From assembly GCA_043753995.1 (NCBI GenBank), contig JAYUVP010000322.1, positions 1-60,259 on the forward strand: a stretch of DNA of 60,259 nt. Reading direction: 5' to 3'. Every line of letters starts with the position of its first letter. The first letter of the stretch is position 1. Positions 47,007 through 55,510 of the stretch are shown here, piece after piece. Below the pieces are notes generated by a model that had not been told where the DNA came from, made no database searches, and saw only the letters and a program-made list of their open reading frames with translations. Source of the DNA: Fibrobacterota bacterium (lineage in GTDB: Bacteria; Fibrobacterota; Fibrobacteria; UBA11236). The translations under genes were made by a program, and so were the position numbers.

Positions 47007-47726
47007 TCACGAACCGCAAGAGGTGGGTTGACCTGCAAATTCGGAAATTCGTTTCATGCGTTCCATCACAATCGGCAGCCTAGCCTGCCCTGCGGGATGC
47101 GGTGGAAGATGGTAGGGAATGACATCTAGGATTGCCCGATTACTGAGAAGGCCTGCAAACCAATTTGACAGGTATTCTTTGCATTCCGATGGAGCACTTG
47201 AAATTTCCTGAACCAAGGTGGGACGGCCATTCAATAAGGAGACGATATCTTCCAAATCGGAACTGGAACCTGGATCTGCGATACCTCGATCGGAAAATGC
47301 CGTACACTTCGTCGCCAACATATAGGGCGGCGTTAATATGCGCCACATGCAGGATTTGGTGATTTGCACCGGAATCAAACTGGCCATTCCGGCACGATAC
47401 CACTTATTCGAGAACCCGAGGATGGAGGCGTCGGCTGGCATGAGGTCCACCGTGATCAGACCCAATTTCCATCGGCATATTGGCGCGCCTTCCGACATGT
47501 CGTTGATGAAGCCATAGGCCCGCATTTGCGTTTCCACCGTGGATCGGTATTCTTGGGCGCTTCCAACCTCGATGACTACATCGATATCCAGCGTCACGCG
47601 CGGGTGCTCTTCGAGTTTGTCTGTTAGGTAAAATGGAATACTCGCTCCGCCAGCGAGAAAACAGCGCTCTTTGAGATCGCCGAGAGCCTTGGCAACGGTC
47701 TCGATTTCTCGGCTATTTGTCGCCAT
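47007..47726 (-). CDS. Nucleotidyltransferase-fold protein (AbiEii/AbiGii-like putative toxin)
   Basis: FLAGGASI ... PRVTLDIDVVIE, VDLMP, ATKCTAFSDRG ... SDLEDIV (GG / R.T.DxD / K / D motifs). Confidence 0.75.
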   Translation of the reverse strand: MATNSREIETVAKALGDLKERCFLAGGASIPFYLTDKLEEHPRVTLDIDVVIEVGSAQEYRSTVETQMRAYGFINDMSEGAPICRWKLGLITVDLMPADASILGFSNKWYRAGMASLIPVQITKSCMWRILTPPYMLATKCTAFSDRGIADPGSSSDLEDIVSLLNGRPTLVQEISSAPSECKEYLSNWFAGLLSNRAILDVIPYHLPPHPAGQARLPIVMERMKRISEFAGQPTSCGS

Positions 47727-48261
47727 GCAATCGCTTCTTTAATTCTTCACTCGCCCATGCCCGTTCACGGGCACGCCCAACCCGCAAAAGGTCTATATAT
47801 GCCATGGCTTCGTACAGTTTTGTATCGAATGACGAAGCCTTTTTTTTCCCAGGTGCGAAGCGCATTTGGCAAGGATGAATAGGCTTTAGGCTGCTACCCG
47901 ATAGACTGCCATTTGGATCCGGCCAAACATAGGCACTGGCATTTGCTTTATTCGAGGCAAAATGCATTTGAATGAACGGCGCTGAACCTGCTGTAGGGAT
48001 TCCACGCGCCTGAGAGCCGATTTCGGGAGGGAAGAAATACTTGACTCCATGAAGAATCAATTCAAGGCAATTCGCTTCGGGAACATGCCATGGATTTGCT
48101 TTGTCGAGGCTTAGCAAATCTGCTGACCTAATGCGTTGAATCGCTAGATGGCATTGGGAAGTGGAAAGACCAAGCTCGTGAGATAGGCTTTGATAGCTCC
48201 ATAATGGACTGGGTCGAAGTCGCAGCAGAATGAGAAGTACAATATCTTGGCCTTTAAGCAT
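47713..48261 (-). CDS. Winged-HTH protein (AbiEi-like putative antitoxin/regulator)
   Basis: MLKGQDIVLL, WSYQSLSHELGLSTSQCHLAIQRI (wHTH), HGVKYFFP, RGIPTA, YVWP, DLLRVGRARER; overlaps the NTase start. Confidence 0.72.
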   Translation of the reverse strand: MLKGQDIVLLILLRLRPSPLWSYQSLSHELGLSTSQCHLAIQRIRSADLLSLDKANPWHVPEANCLELILHGVKYFFPPEIGSQARGIPTAGSAPFIQMHFASNKANASAYVWPDPNGSLSGSSLKPIHPCQMRFAPGKKKASSFDTKLYEAMAYIDLLRVGRARERAWASEELKKRLHGDK

Positions 48262-48297
48262 ATTCTGTATTCTAGAATCTGGAATATAGAATGTCAA
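48262..48297 (-). promoter_or_regulatory. Near-consensus sigma-70 promoter embedded in an inverted-repeat operator
   Basis: Minus strand reads TTGACA-N17-TAGAAT-N7-ATG. Arms 48262-48276 and 48278-48292 are 13/15 complementary. Confidence 0.8.
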
Positions 48298-48681
48298 AAA
48301 ATGAAGTGCACACCGCGCTCAGCCAGACACCCCTTACATTTGGGGGAAGGCGAGGCCGACAAGGGCGACGGGGTAAGGCTGGCCGAGCCTGGGGGGCGTT
48401 TGGGAAGCGCGGAACGAGCGCCTGAGCCCCCCGAAAAACCAGGGTAAAGCCATATTTTCAGGGCAACGTTTCTAAATCGGCTGAACCAAAGAGTTGAAAT
48501 TCGCATTTCATCGCAATCGAAGAGCCGTCGCGCTAAAACCCTTGTAGTAAGCTAGCCTTCACAACTTTTATACCCTAGTACGTCATTGAAAGAAAAAAAA
48601 ACATTGCCCACGGCCAAGGTCTCCAATTCGCCATTGGCATTTTTTCGGTCACATCAAGTCCTTTCACCCATGACCAATAAA

Positions 48682-49065
48682 TCAACTTAACGCCTTCATC
48701 TTGCTTTCCAACCAAGGCGCAATTTCCTCCAGGCCGGCCTTGCCTTGAATAACCCGATCAATCAAAAAGTTTTCACCTTCTTCGGCATTCACGATAAGAT
48801 TCCAGCCATTCATGCGCAAAAAAATCGCAGTTAATGCGAATGCCACACGCTTATTTCCATCGATGAAACAATGGTTCAGAGCCAAACTTTGCAACATGGC
48901 CGCAGCCTGTTCTGAAAGCGATGAATAGTATCCTGAACGGGGTCGCGCTAAGGCGCTTTCCAATAAGCCCATATCCCGAATACCGCCTTGTCCCCCGAAG
49001 CGCTTAAGCAAAGCTCCATGTAACTGAAGACATTCTTCGAGGGTAGGAAAATGGGTCAACTTCAC
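48682..49065 (-). CDS. doc: Doc/Fic-family toxin (intact)
   Basis: GGQGGIRDMGLLESALARP, NHCFIDGNKRVAF, FLRMNG. Confidence 0.9.
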   Translation of the reverse strand: MKLTHFPTLEECLQLHGALLKRFGGQGGIRDMGLLESALARPRSGYYSSLSEQAAAMLQSLALNHCFIDGNKRVAFALTAIFLRMNGWNLIVNAEEGENFLIDRVIQGKAGLEEIAPWLESKMKALS

Positions 49066-49274
49066 TTGGCGAGGCGACCCAACAATTCAGCATGTTGATC
49101 TAATACGTCCTCCATGGCCTGACTAAAAGCGGGACGCACACGCGCTTTAGCCAGATATTCCGCTAAAGCCTCACTCACTACGCTGGAAATACTGCGATCG
49201 CATTCTTGAGCATAGGCTCGCAAGTCGCGCAAAACTTTAGCATCCACCTGGGACGCAAACTTGACCGGCTTCAT
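49062..49274 (-). CDS. Ribbon-helix-helix (CopG-like) antitoxin
   Basis: KFASQVDAKVLRDLRAYA...RSISSVVSEALAEYL, C-terminal HAELLGRLAK; ATGA overlap with doc. Upstream TTGATT-N17-TACTCT-N6-ATG. Confidence 0.85.
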   Translation of the reverse strand: MKPVKFASQVDAKVLRDLRAYAQECDRSISSVVSEALAEYLAKARVRPAFSQAMEDVLDQHAELLGRLAK

Positions 49275-49477
49275 TTTTAGAGAGTAACCACTGATTCATG
49301 AAAAATCAAGAAATAGCTTGAAAAGGGAGCGGCCCATAGACTCTAATGCCCAGACCCTGGAAGCCCGCCTAGAGCCCCCTCCCCCAATTTTGCTTGGAAG
49401 GTGAGTTTTTATTGAAATTCAGGATATGCCCCGCCCTTCCCAACCTCTAAACAGATAGACCAGTTACTTTTAGAGCC

Positions 49478-49873
49478 ATGCAAATGCCACTTGGCTTTCC
49501 GAATCGACCGAGGAAGCTTCCCCAGCAAAAAGGCTTTACCTTGGTTGAAGCCCTCATAGTTTCAGCCATCATTGCCATTCTTGCGGCGGTGTCCATTCCG
49601 ATGTATACCGGCTACGTGAATAATCAGCGCATTCAAGCGGTGAATACCCTGGCCCAAACGGCGGCCGTCAATGCGAATGCGCTTTACCGGCGGGGTCAAT
49701 TGCCTGATGTATTAGATGGAGCGGCGAAAGCAGCGAAAATCAAAGCTGGGCTTTTTTTGCCCGTACCTTCGAATTACAACATTTCAGTCAATACTACTGA
49801 CACTACCGTTACGGTAACCGATGTAACCGACCCCAACCACCACTATGCATCAGATCCTGTCAAATATCCATAA
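49478..49873 (+). CDS. Type IV pilin-like protein (PilE-like or second pilin)
   Basis: KG|FTLVEALIVSAIIAILAAVSIPMY. Confidence 0.85.
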   Translation: MQMPLGFPNRPRKLPQQKGFTLVEALIVSAIIAILAAVSIPMYTGYVNNQRIQAVNTLAQTAAVNANALYRRGQLPDVLDGAAKAAKIKAGLFLPVPSNYNISVNTTDTTVTVTDVTDPNHHYASDPVKYP

Positions 49874-50318
49874 CCTATTTCTCAAACGGAATCGGGCAAG
49901 CCAGCGCGGATATTCCTTGGTTGAATTGTTGGTTTCGGGTGTAATACTAGGCCTAGTTGTTATCGCTGTGACGAGCATGATTCGCAGCCAAGCTAATCTT
50001 GATGAAAGCACCAATCTACGTCGGCAAGCCTTGGATTTACTTACTGAGGTCTCTCAGAGCGGAAGATATCATCCTATCAGCTCAAGTTCTACAGATTGGT
50101 CCAATGTGAGAAATATCGACACCATAGCATGTCAATTAATAACCCGACACGATACTATTGCTGGCTCAATGTATGCAGATATGACTGAATTTACAACTTG
50201 GCGAGTGCAAGGTTTGCCTATCACATTTAAAATGGTGGTTGCGCGTATCACTTGGAGGGACGAATCCATAACGGAAACAGCCTATATTACTCGCCATGTT
50301 ATCAATTACCCGCATTAA
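49845..50318 (+). CDS. Minor pilin (PilV-like)
   Basis: RG|YSLVELLVSGVILGLVVIAV; C-terminal VVARITW. Confidence 0.78.
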   Translation: MHQILSNIHNLFLKRNRASQRGYSLVELLVSGVILGLVVIAVTSMIRSQANLDESTNLRRQALDLLTEVSQSGRYHPISSSSTDWSNVRNIDTIACQLITRHDTIAGSMYADMTEFTTWRVQGLPITFKMVVARITWRDESITETAYITRHVINYPH

Positions 50319-50910
50319 CAGGCTCGGCCATAGGGGCATGACCTTGGTGGAGGTTGTCTTTATCGGCAGCCTTTCGGCCTTGCTTACTCTCATGGCTTTT
50401 GTGATTTTTCGCAGTCACCAGGCGGCGCTCTCCCAATCGACTCAGGAATTGCGTTCGCAACAAATCACCGCTAACCTGGCCGCTGAGATAAAAAGCGAGG
50501 TCCATTCCAAACGATGGGTTATCCCGCCTGACTCCCTTATTAGTTGCAGAATACCCGGAAGTATTGGCGTCGTTTCATCCAGCTTTGCCGTATTCACGAA
50601 TTCAGAGCGACCGGAATGCCTCCGCGGCACCTACCCACCGAATTGGATAGGGTATGGTGTCAATGTTTCAGGCGAGCTTGTAAAAGCCCCAACTCCGACA
50701 ACTTGGAATGACCTTTTGACCTATACTAGTTGGCCGCCCCTGTTGATCAGCGGCCATAAAGTTTTCGTAACCAATCCTATACCATTTGTGTTTCGGCACG
50801 AAAGCGGAGAGTTAACCATCAATTTTCAGTCCGTGAAATTTGATAGTGCTACAGCAGAATCAGTTTGGATGGCCCCTATTCTCACTCGCGGTTTTTTTGG
50901 GTCTTTATAA
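50296..50910 (+). CDS. Minor pilin (PilW-like)
   Basis: RG|MTLVEVVFIGSLSALL. Confidence 0.75.
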   Translation: MLSITRINRLGHRGMTLVEVVFIGSLSALLTLMAFVIFRSHQAALSQSTQELRSQQITANLAAEIKSEVHSKRWVIPPDSLISCRIPGSIGVVSSSFAVFTNSERPECLRGTYPPNWIGYGVNVSGELVKAPTPTTWNDLLTYTSWPPLLISGHKVFVTNPIPFVFRHESGELTINFQSVKFDSATAESVWMAPILTRGFFGSL

Positions 50911-50921
50911 TTAGGCATAGG

Positions 50922-51410
50922 ATGCAAAGGAAAAAGACACATAGAGAAGTCGGCTCCGTGCTCGTCGGCGTGCTAATGCTGGGGCTTGCCGTAACAATTA
51001 TGGGTGCCGCTGTTCTCCTACTCGCCGGGCATGGTTCTCAATCGGTGACTGATGCCGAGGCTGAATCCCATCGCACCTTGGCTGCGGAGGCGGGAATAAG
51101 GCTTTCAGCGGAATGGCTACGGACCCTGGCGTCGATCCCAACCTATGAGATCCCAGATTTTTATGATACCATTCCCGACATTCTGGGCACTCCGGATTTT
51201 AATAATGTTTTAAATGGGGTTTCGGTAAGGGTTGACTTTTATAGAAACGACAGCAATCGCGCCCCGAACCAGCACAGGTATGGAAAATTGATCAGCCAGA
51301 CTCGCCCATCTCTGGGTGACGCTGCCGGATTATTTCCAACCATACAGTGCAGCCTTTTCGTCAAAGACACCAATATCTTCATTTACAACTGCTTAACTTC
51401 CACGAGGTAA
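50922..51410 (+). CDS. Minor pilin (PilX/GspK-like)
   Basis: G|SVLVGVLMLGLAVTIMG lacking Glu5, then LAAEAGI motif. Confidence 0.72.
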   Translation: MQRKKTHREVGSVLVGVLMLGLAVTIMGAAVLLLAGHGSQSVTDAEAESHRTLAAEAGIRLSAEWLRTLASIPTYEIPDFYDTIPDILGTPDFNNVLNGVSVRVDFYRNDSNRAPNQHRYGKLISQTRPSLGDAAGLFPTIQCSLFVKDTNIFIYNCLTSTR

Positions 51411-51447
51411 CCCCCACGTCTCTTATTAGTTTTGCCCAAAGAGGAAA

Positions 51448-52419
51448 ATGCAATTGAAAGCCCCCAAGGCAAAAACTAAACGCGAGGGTAAGCCTCAAAG
51501 CGTCATCGGCTTGGAATTCGACAGCTATGCCATAAGGGCGGTGCGGGTGAACCATGCTGGGGCCAATGGCTATAAGATTGACTCACTCTGCGAAGAGCGG
51601 GGCAGCTTTAGCGTAGACGCCGACTTAATTGACGGACTGCGCAAGGTGAAATCGCGCCTTTCCATTGGGTCGCGCGAGCATGTGGTGACTACGGTGGCGG
51701 GCAAACAGGTTTGGGCGGGAGAAATGCTTTTTCGCGCCCTGCCGACGGCGGAAATGATACCGGCCTTGAAGCTGGAAGTACGGAAAACTCTGCATTTCGA
51801 GGCTAGCGGAGCTTCCTTAGATTATCAGGTATTGCGCGAGCCTGATGAAAAGCAGGAATACGCCAATTTATTGGTCATTGCTGCCCACAATAATTTGGTA
51901 CAAAAGCAAATCGCCATGATGGAAAGGGTTGGTTTTCGCATCGGCATAATTGAGGTTTTGCCAATTACAGTCGCCAATACGGTTTGGGCCCAGGTGGGCA
52001 ATAGCAAAAGCGAAGCGGCCCATGTAGGATTGCATTTCGGGCCCCAAGTTTGCACGGTCACCATAGACGGAGAGACCACACCCCACTTCAATCGCAGCAT
52101 TTATTTCGCTTCCGAAGAAGTTTATGGGAGCACGGAGCAGCTCACGCCCAAGGAAAAAGACCGTCGACTGCAAATTTTAGGCGAAGAAATATCGCGCACT
52201 CTGGCCTATTACGAAAAGACTTTTACGGTACCTGGATTCGGAACCGTCATGGTTTTGGGAGACTGCGCCCAAGAGCCGGGCCTACCTGAATTGGTGCAAA
52301 AGGCTACTGGCCTACGCCCCGTGGATTCGGACTTATTGACTCGCTTCGGCTATTCGGCACCGGCAGAGGCACATAAATTTGCTTTGAGTCTCGCCCTGGC
52401 GCTACGGGAGGACACATGA
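51448..52419 (+). CDS. pilM: Type IV pilus alignment protein PilM
   Basis: VIGLEFDSYAIRAV, SLDYQVL, LLVIAAH, IEVLPITVAN, EEISRTLAYY, FALSLALALR. Confidence 0.85.
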   Translation: MQLKAPKAKTKREGKPQSVIGLEFDSYAIRAVRVNHAGANGYKIDSLCEERGSFSVDADLIDGLRKVKSRLSIGSREHVVTTVAGKQVWAGEMLFRALPTAEMIPALKLEVRKTLHFEASGASLDYQVLREPDEKQEYANLLVIAAHNNLVQKQIAMMERVGFRIGIIEVLPITVANTVWAQVGNSKSEAAHVGLHFGPQVCTVTIDGETTPHFNRSIYFASEEVYGSTEQLTPKEKDRRLQILGEEISRTLAYYEKTFTVPGFGTVMVLGDCAQEPGLPELVQKATGLRPVDSDLLTRFGYSAPAEAHKFALSLALALREDT

Positions 52420-53003
52420 AGGCTCCCGGCACGGTTCGCTATACCACCAATCTCATCCGCACCTTGCGGATGGAAGAGAAAAAGGACGAACAAAGAGAAC
52501 GGCTGACTCGCATTTTGGCGACCGGAAGCGCGGTGCTTTTATTGATGGCCATTTTGTACTCGGCCGTCAATATTTGGTCCATGCAAAATGTATTGAAGGT
52601 TGAAAACGAGAATTTACAGCGCCTCAAGGCCGAGTTCACTAAGCATACCGCTTCGCGGGAAACCATAGACAAAAACGATGTGGAAACTCTGAGCCAATTG
52701 CAATTGTCCAGCATTTTTTGGAGCCGCCAACTTGCGGCCCTGGGCCAACATTTGCCAGAGGGCTATTGGCTCAAAGCCATCAGTTTTCAAGGCACAGATT
52801 TAAGGGTGTCGGGATTTGCCAATACCAACTCTTCACAGGATGAATTGGTTGAATTGCAGCGCTATCTCTTAGACTTGGGCCAGGATAGCACCTTCAAAAA
52901 GCAGTTCTCGAACATACGCTTGGCTTCGGCCACTCGTAATGAAGACGAAGGTCGCTTGTCCTTCGAATTCACAGCCGAAAACGCGACAAAGAAACCCCGA
53001 TGA
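52416..53003 (+). CDS. pilN: Type IV pilus alignment protein PilN
   Basis: TNLI motif, TM helix, coiled coil, LPEGYWLKAI, LRVSGFA; order in operon. Confidence 0.82.
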   Translation: MKAPGTVRYTTNLIRTLRMEEKKDEQRERLTRILATGSAVLLLMAILYSAVNIWSMQNVLKVENENLQRLKAEFTKHTASRETIDKNDVETLSQLQLSSIFWSRQLAALGQHLPEGYWLKAISFQGTDLRVSGFANTNSSQDELVELQRYLLDLGQDSTFKKQFSNIRLASATRNEDEGRLSFEFTAENATKKPR

Positions 53004-53542
53004 AGACATCCCGCCTTATCCTTATCTTGCTTTCAGTTGTGCTCGCTGGTTTTTTAATTGCCGATGCTCTTTATTTGTCAAAATTCGAAAACAATTTTCA
53101 AGCTCTTGAGCGCGAACGTATTGTGACCTCGAATCAATTGGCGACCGCGAAAATCATTTCCGAAAATCTCAATCACGTGCGTGACATGGTCTTTCAAAAC
53201 ATGACCTTTCCGGGCCGGAAAGACACGGTGGGCGTCGATTTGGGGCTTTATACTTTTCTCACCGAATGCTCTCGCGATTTGAAAATGAAATTACTGCGCA
53301 TCCAGCCCCAGACCAAGCAAACCAAGGGCCGCATTGTCACCTATGGCTATGACGTTGATATGGAAGGCGATTTTTTCAGCTTCGGCGAATTCTGCTCCAA
53401 GCTCGAAAACAATCGTCGAATTATAGCCTTGACCCGCTTCGACCTTTCCACCGCCAGCGCCAAGGATGGGGCCTCACCGACTTCAAGTCATCGCGCTTTG
53501 AGCCTTAAATTGCATTTGAACACCTTTCAGGTGCTGAAATGA
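53000..53542 (+). CDS. pilO: Type IV pilus alignment protein PilO
   Basis: TM plus coiled coil; MEGDFFSFGEFCSKLENNRRII; order in operon. Confidence 0.82.
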   Translation: MKTSRLILILLSVVLAGFLIADALYLSKFENNFQALERERIVTSNQLATAKIISENLNHVRDMVFQNMTFPGRKDTVGVDLGLYTFLTECSRDLKMKLLRIQPQTKQTKGRIVTYGYDVDMEGDFFSFGEFCSKLENNRRIIALTRFDLSTASAKDGASPTSSHRALSLKLHLNTFQVLK

Positions 53543-54099
53543 AGTTCACATCCGCCTTGGGTTCGGCCTTGATGGCTGCGATTTTGGCCTTGGTTTTACT
53601 CATACGCATGACCCAAATTCACCAGTTCTTTCAAAAGACCGTCCGCCAGTCCTTGGTGGTCACCGAAGGCTATGATCAGAAATTCATCGACTTGGTGAAT
53701 CATCTCGAAGACGTGCTCGCCACCCGCGCCAGCTTTTCCTATCCGGGTGGTAAAGACCCCATGACGGGCAGGCAACGCGAAGTCGCTCAATATGTGCCTA
53801 TTGCTCCCGTAAAACGCGTCGCTAGCACCCCTCGAACCGCAGGTCCGGCCAACCAGGCTTCCCTACCTGCTCCGGTAGCCGTGAATGACCCCTTTCGCCT
53901 GACGGCCCTCATTGCCGATGATTATGGCCGCTACACGGCTATTGTCATGGATGGTGAAAGGTCTATGTCGGTCGATGTGGGCGATATGGTGTCTGGCCGC
54001 AAGGTCCTGCGCATCTCCTCCCGGGAAATCGTCCTGGGCAATGATGCGGGCAGCATGACCTATAACCTCAATGGCGAACGCATACCCGGGACGAAATAG
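53539..54099 (+). CDS. pilP: PilP-like protein
   Basis: KDPM motif, Pro-rich linker, FRLTALI ... TAIV ... VDVGDMV (HR/GspC-like beta domain); lies between pilO and the secretin. Confidence 0.68.
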   Translation: MKFTSALGSALMAAILALVLLIRMTQIHQFFQKTVRQSLVVTEGYDQKFIDLVNHLEDVLATRASFSYPGGKDPMTGRQREVAQYVPIAPVKRVASTPRTAGPANQASLPAPVAVNDPFRLTALIADDYGRYTAIVMDGERSMSVDVGDMVSGRKVLRISSREIVLGNDAGSMTYNLNGERIPGTK

Positions 54100-54125
54100 C
54101 GCTTGCTTAGCTAGTTTGGCCTAGT

Positions 54126-55466
54126 ATGTTCCGAGCCGACTGCCTATCCATGCCCCCCAGCCTGCCCTCAAGCCTGAAAACTCAGCGAAGCGCCTTTTCC
54201 TGGCGCTATTATGCTTTCTTCGGCGCCCTGGCCATGTCCTTGGGGACGATTGCGCCTAAGGTGGACGCGGCCGAGGCTTCGCCGATTTTGACGGGAGATT
54301 TGAATCCCTCACTGAAGACAACCATTTCGCTCAATGCCGCCGATGCCAGCCTTTCCGAGGTGCTTAAGGTTTTGGCTGACCGCTCAGGCATGAATTTCGT
54401 GGCCAGCGAAGGCGTGCAAAAGGCCCGCATTTCCATCATCCTGAACAAAACCCCGGTGGCGGAAGCCATCGATTTGATTGTGCGGGCTGCGGGTTTGGGC
54501 TATGAAATCATTGGCAATTCGGTGCTGATTGGCGATGGCGCCAAGCTCAAGGATGAGGTCGGTCAATCCGGCTATGTGATTGCCCTCAATTATGCCGATG
54601 CCGATGAAGTGGTGCAAATGCTCGGGGACTTGACCAAGAGCGTCAAGGTGGATAGAGGCGGGAATCGCTTGGTGGCCTATGCCAGCCCCCGCGTCATCAA
54701 TGAAATCACCCGCATTGTAAAAGCCGTCGATCATCCGCATACCCAGGTGCTACTCGAAACCCGCATTCTCGAAGTGGCTCTCGATGACAATAATCGCTAT
54801 GGCATTGAATGGGGCAACCTCTCCCCTCTCTCCACGGGTTTGCTTTTTCCGGAAGTGCCTGCCGTGAATGGCTGGCAATTGCAAGGCGGCAAGCGGCTTC
54901 CGATTTCGGTACCCTTGGCCCTCGACCTTTTAATTCAGAATGGCGATGCCCGCGTCTTGATGAATAGCAAATTGACTACCACCAATAATCGCGAAGCCAG
55001 CCTGCTCATCGGCCAAAAAATCCCCTATGTGGTACAGAGTTTTAATAGTTCGGCCTCGACTACTGGCCCCAATTTGCAAGTGCAAAAAGAAGAAGTCGGC
55101 GTGAAAATGAAAATGCTTCCGCATGTGAATGACGATGGTGAAATCAGTTTGACCCTGGAGCCCGAAGTCAGCTCGATTGCCGGCTTTAAAGGTCCCAATT
55201 CCGACTTGCCCTTGGTTAAGGTACGCACGACCAAAACCACGGTGCGGGTTTCCGACGGCCAAACCATTTTTCTGGCTGGTCTGATTTCCGAGGAAGAGAC
55301 AAGTGTGGAAAGCCGGGTTCCCATATTGGGCCAATTGCCCGTGCTGGGAGCGCTATTCACCCATAAAGTCAAGGTCAAGACAAAAACCAATCTTATCATT
55401 GAGATTAAGCCCAAAATCATTCGTAAATCCGCCGAATTGCAGTTCATCAACGAGACACCGAAGTGA
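54126..55466 (+). CDS. pilQ: Secretin PilQ/GspD
   Basis: ISLNAADASLSEVL (STN), LNYADADEV (N3), QVLLETRILEV, TTNNREASLLIGQKIPY, GQTIFLAGLI, VPILGQLPVLGALF, IKPKII. Confidence 0.9.
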   Translation: MFRADCLSMPPSLPSSLKTQRSAFSWRYYAFFGALAMSLGTIAPKVDAAEASPILTGDLNPSLKTTISLNAADASLSEVLKVLADRSGMNFVASEGVQKARISIILNKTPVAEAIDLIVRAAGLGYEIIGNSVLIGDGAKLKDEVGQSGYVIALNYADADEVVQMLGDLTKSVKVDRGGNRLVAYASPRVINEITRIVKAVDHPHTQVLLETRILEVALDDNNRYGIEWGNLSPLSTGLLFPEVPAVNGWQLQGGKRLPISVPLALDLLIQNGDARVLMNSKLTTTNNREASLLIGQKIPYVVQSFNSSASTTGPNLQVQKEEVGVKMKMLPHVNDDGEISLTLEPEVSSIAGFKGPNSDLPLVKVRTTKTTVRVSDGQTIFLAGLISEEETSVESRVPILGQLPVLGALFTHKVKVKTKTNLIIEIKPKIIRKSAELQFINETPK

Positions 55467-55510
55467 AGTAGTGGTAGGATGAAGAGCCGATTGCGACAAC
55501 CGGCTTTGGC

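Noticed and set aside
45843..48681. Integron cassette array explanation for the TA island
   Set aside because: No integrase, modules in both orientations, and no convincing RYYYAAC...GTTRRRY attC pairs found by eye.
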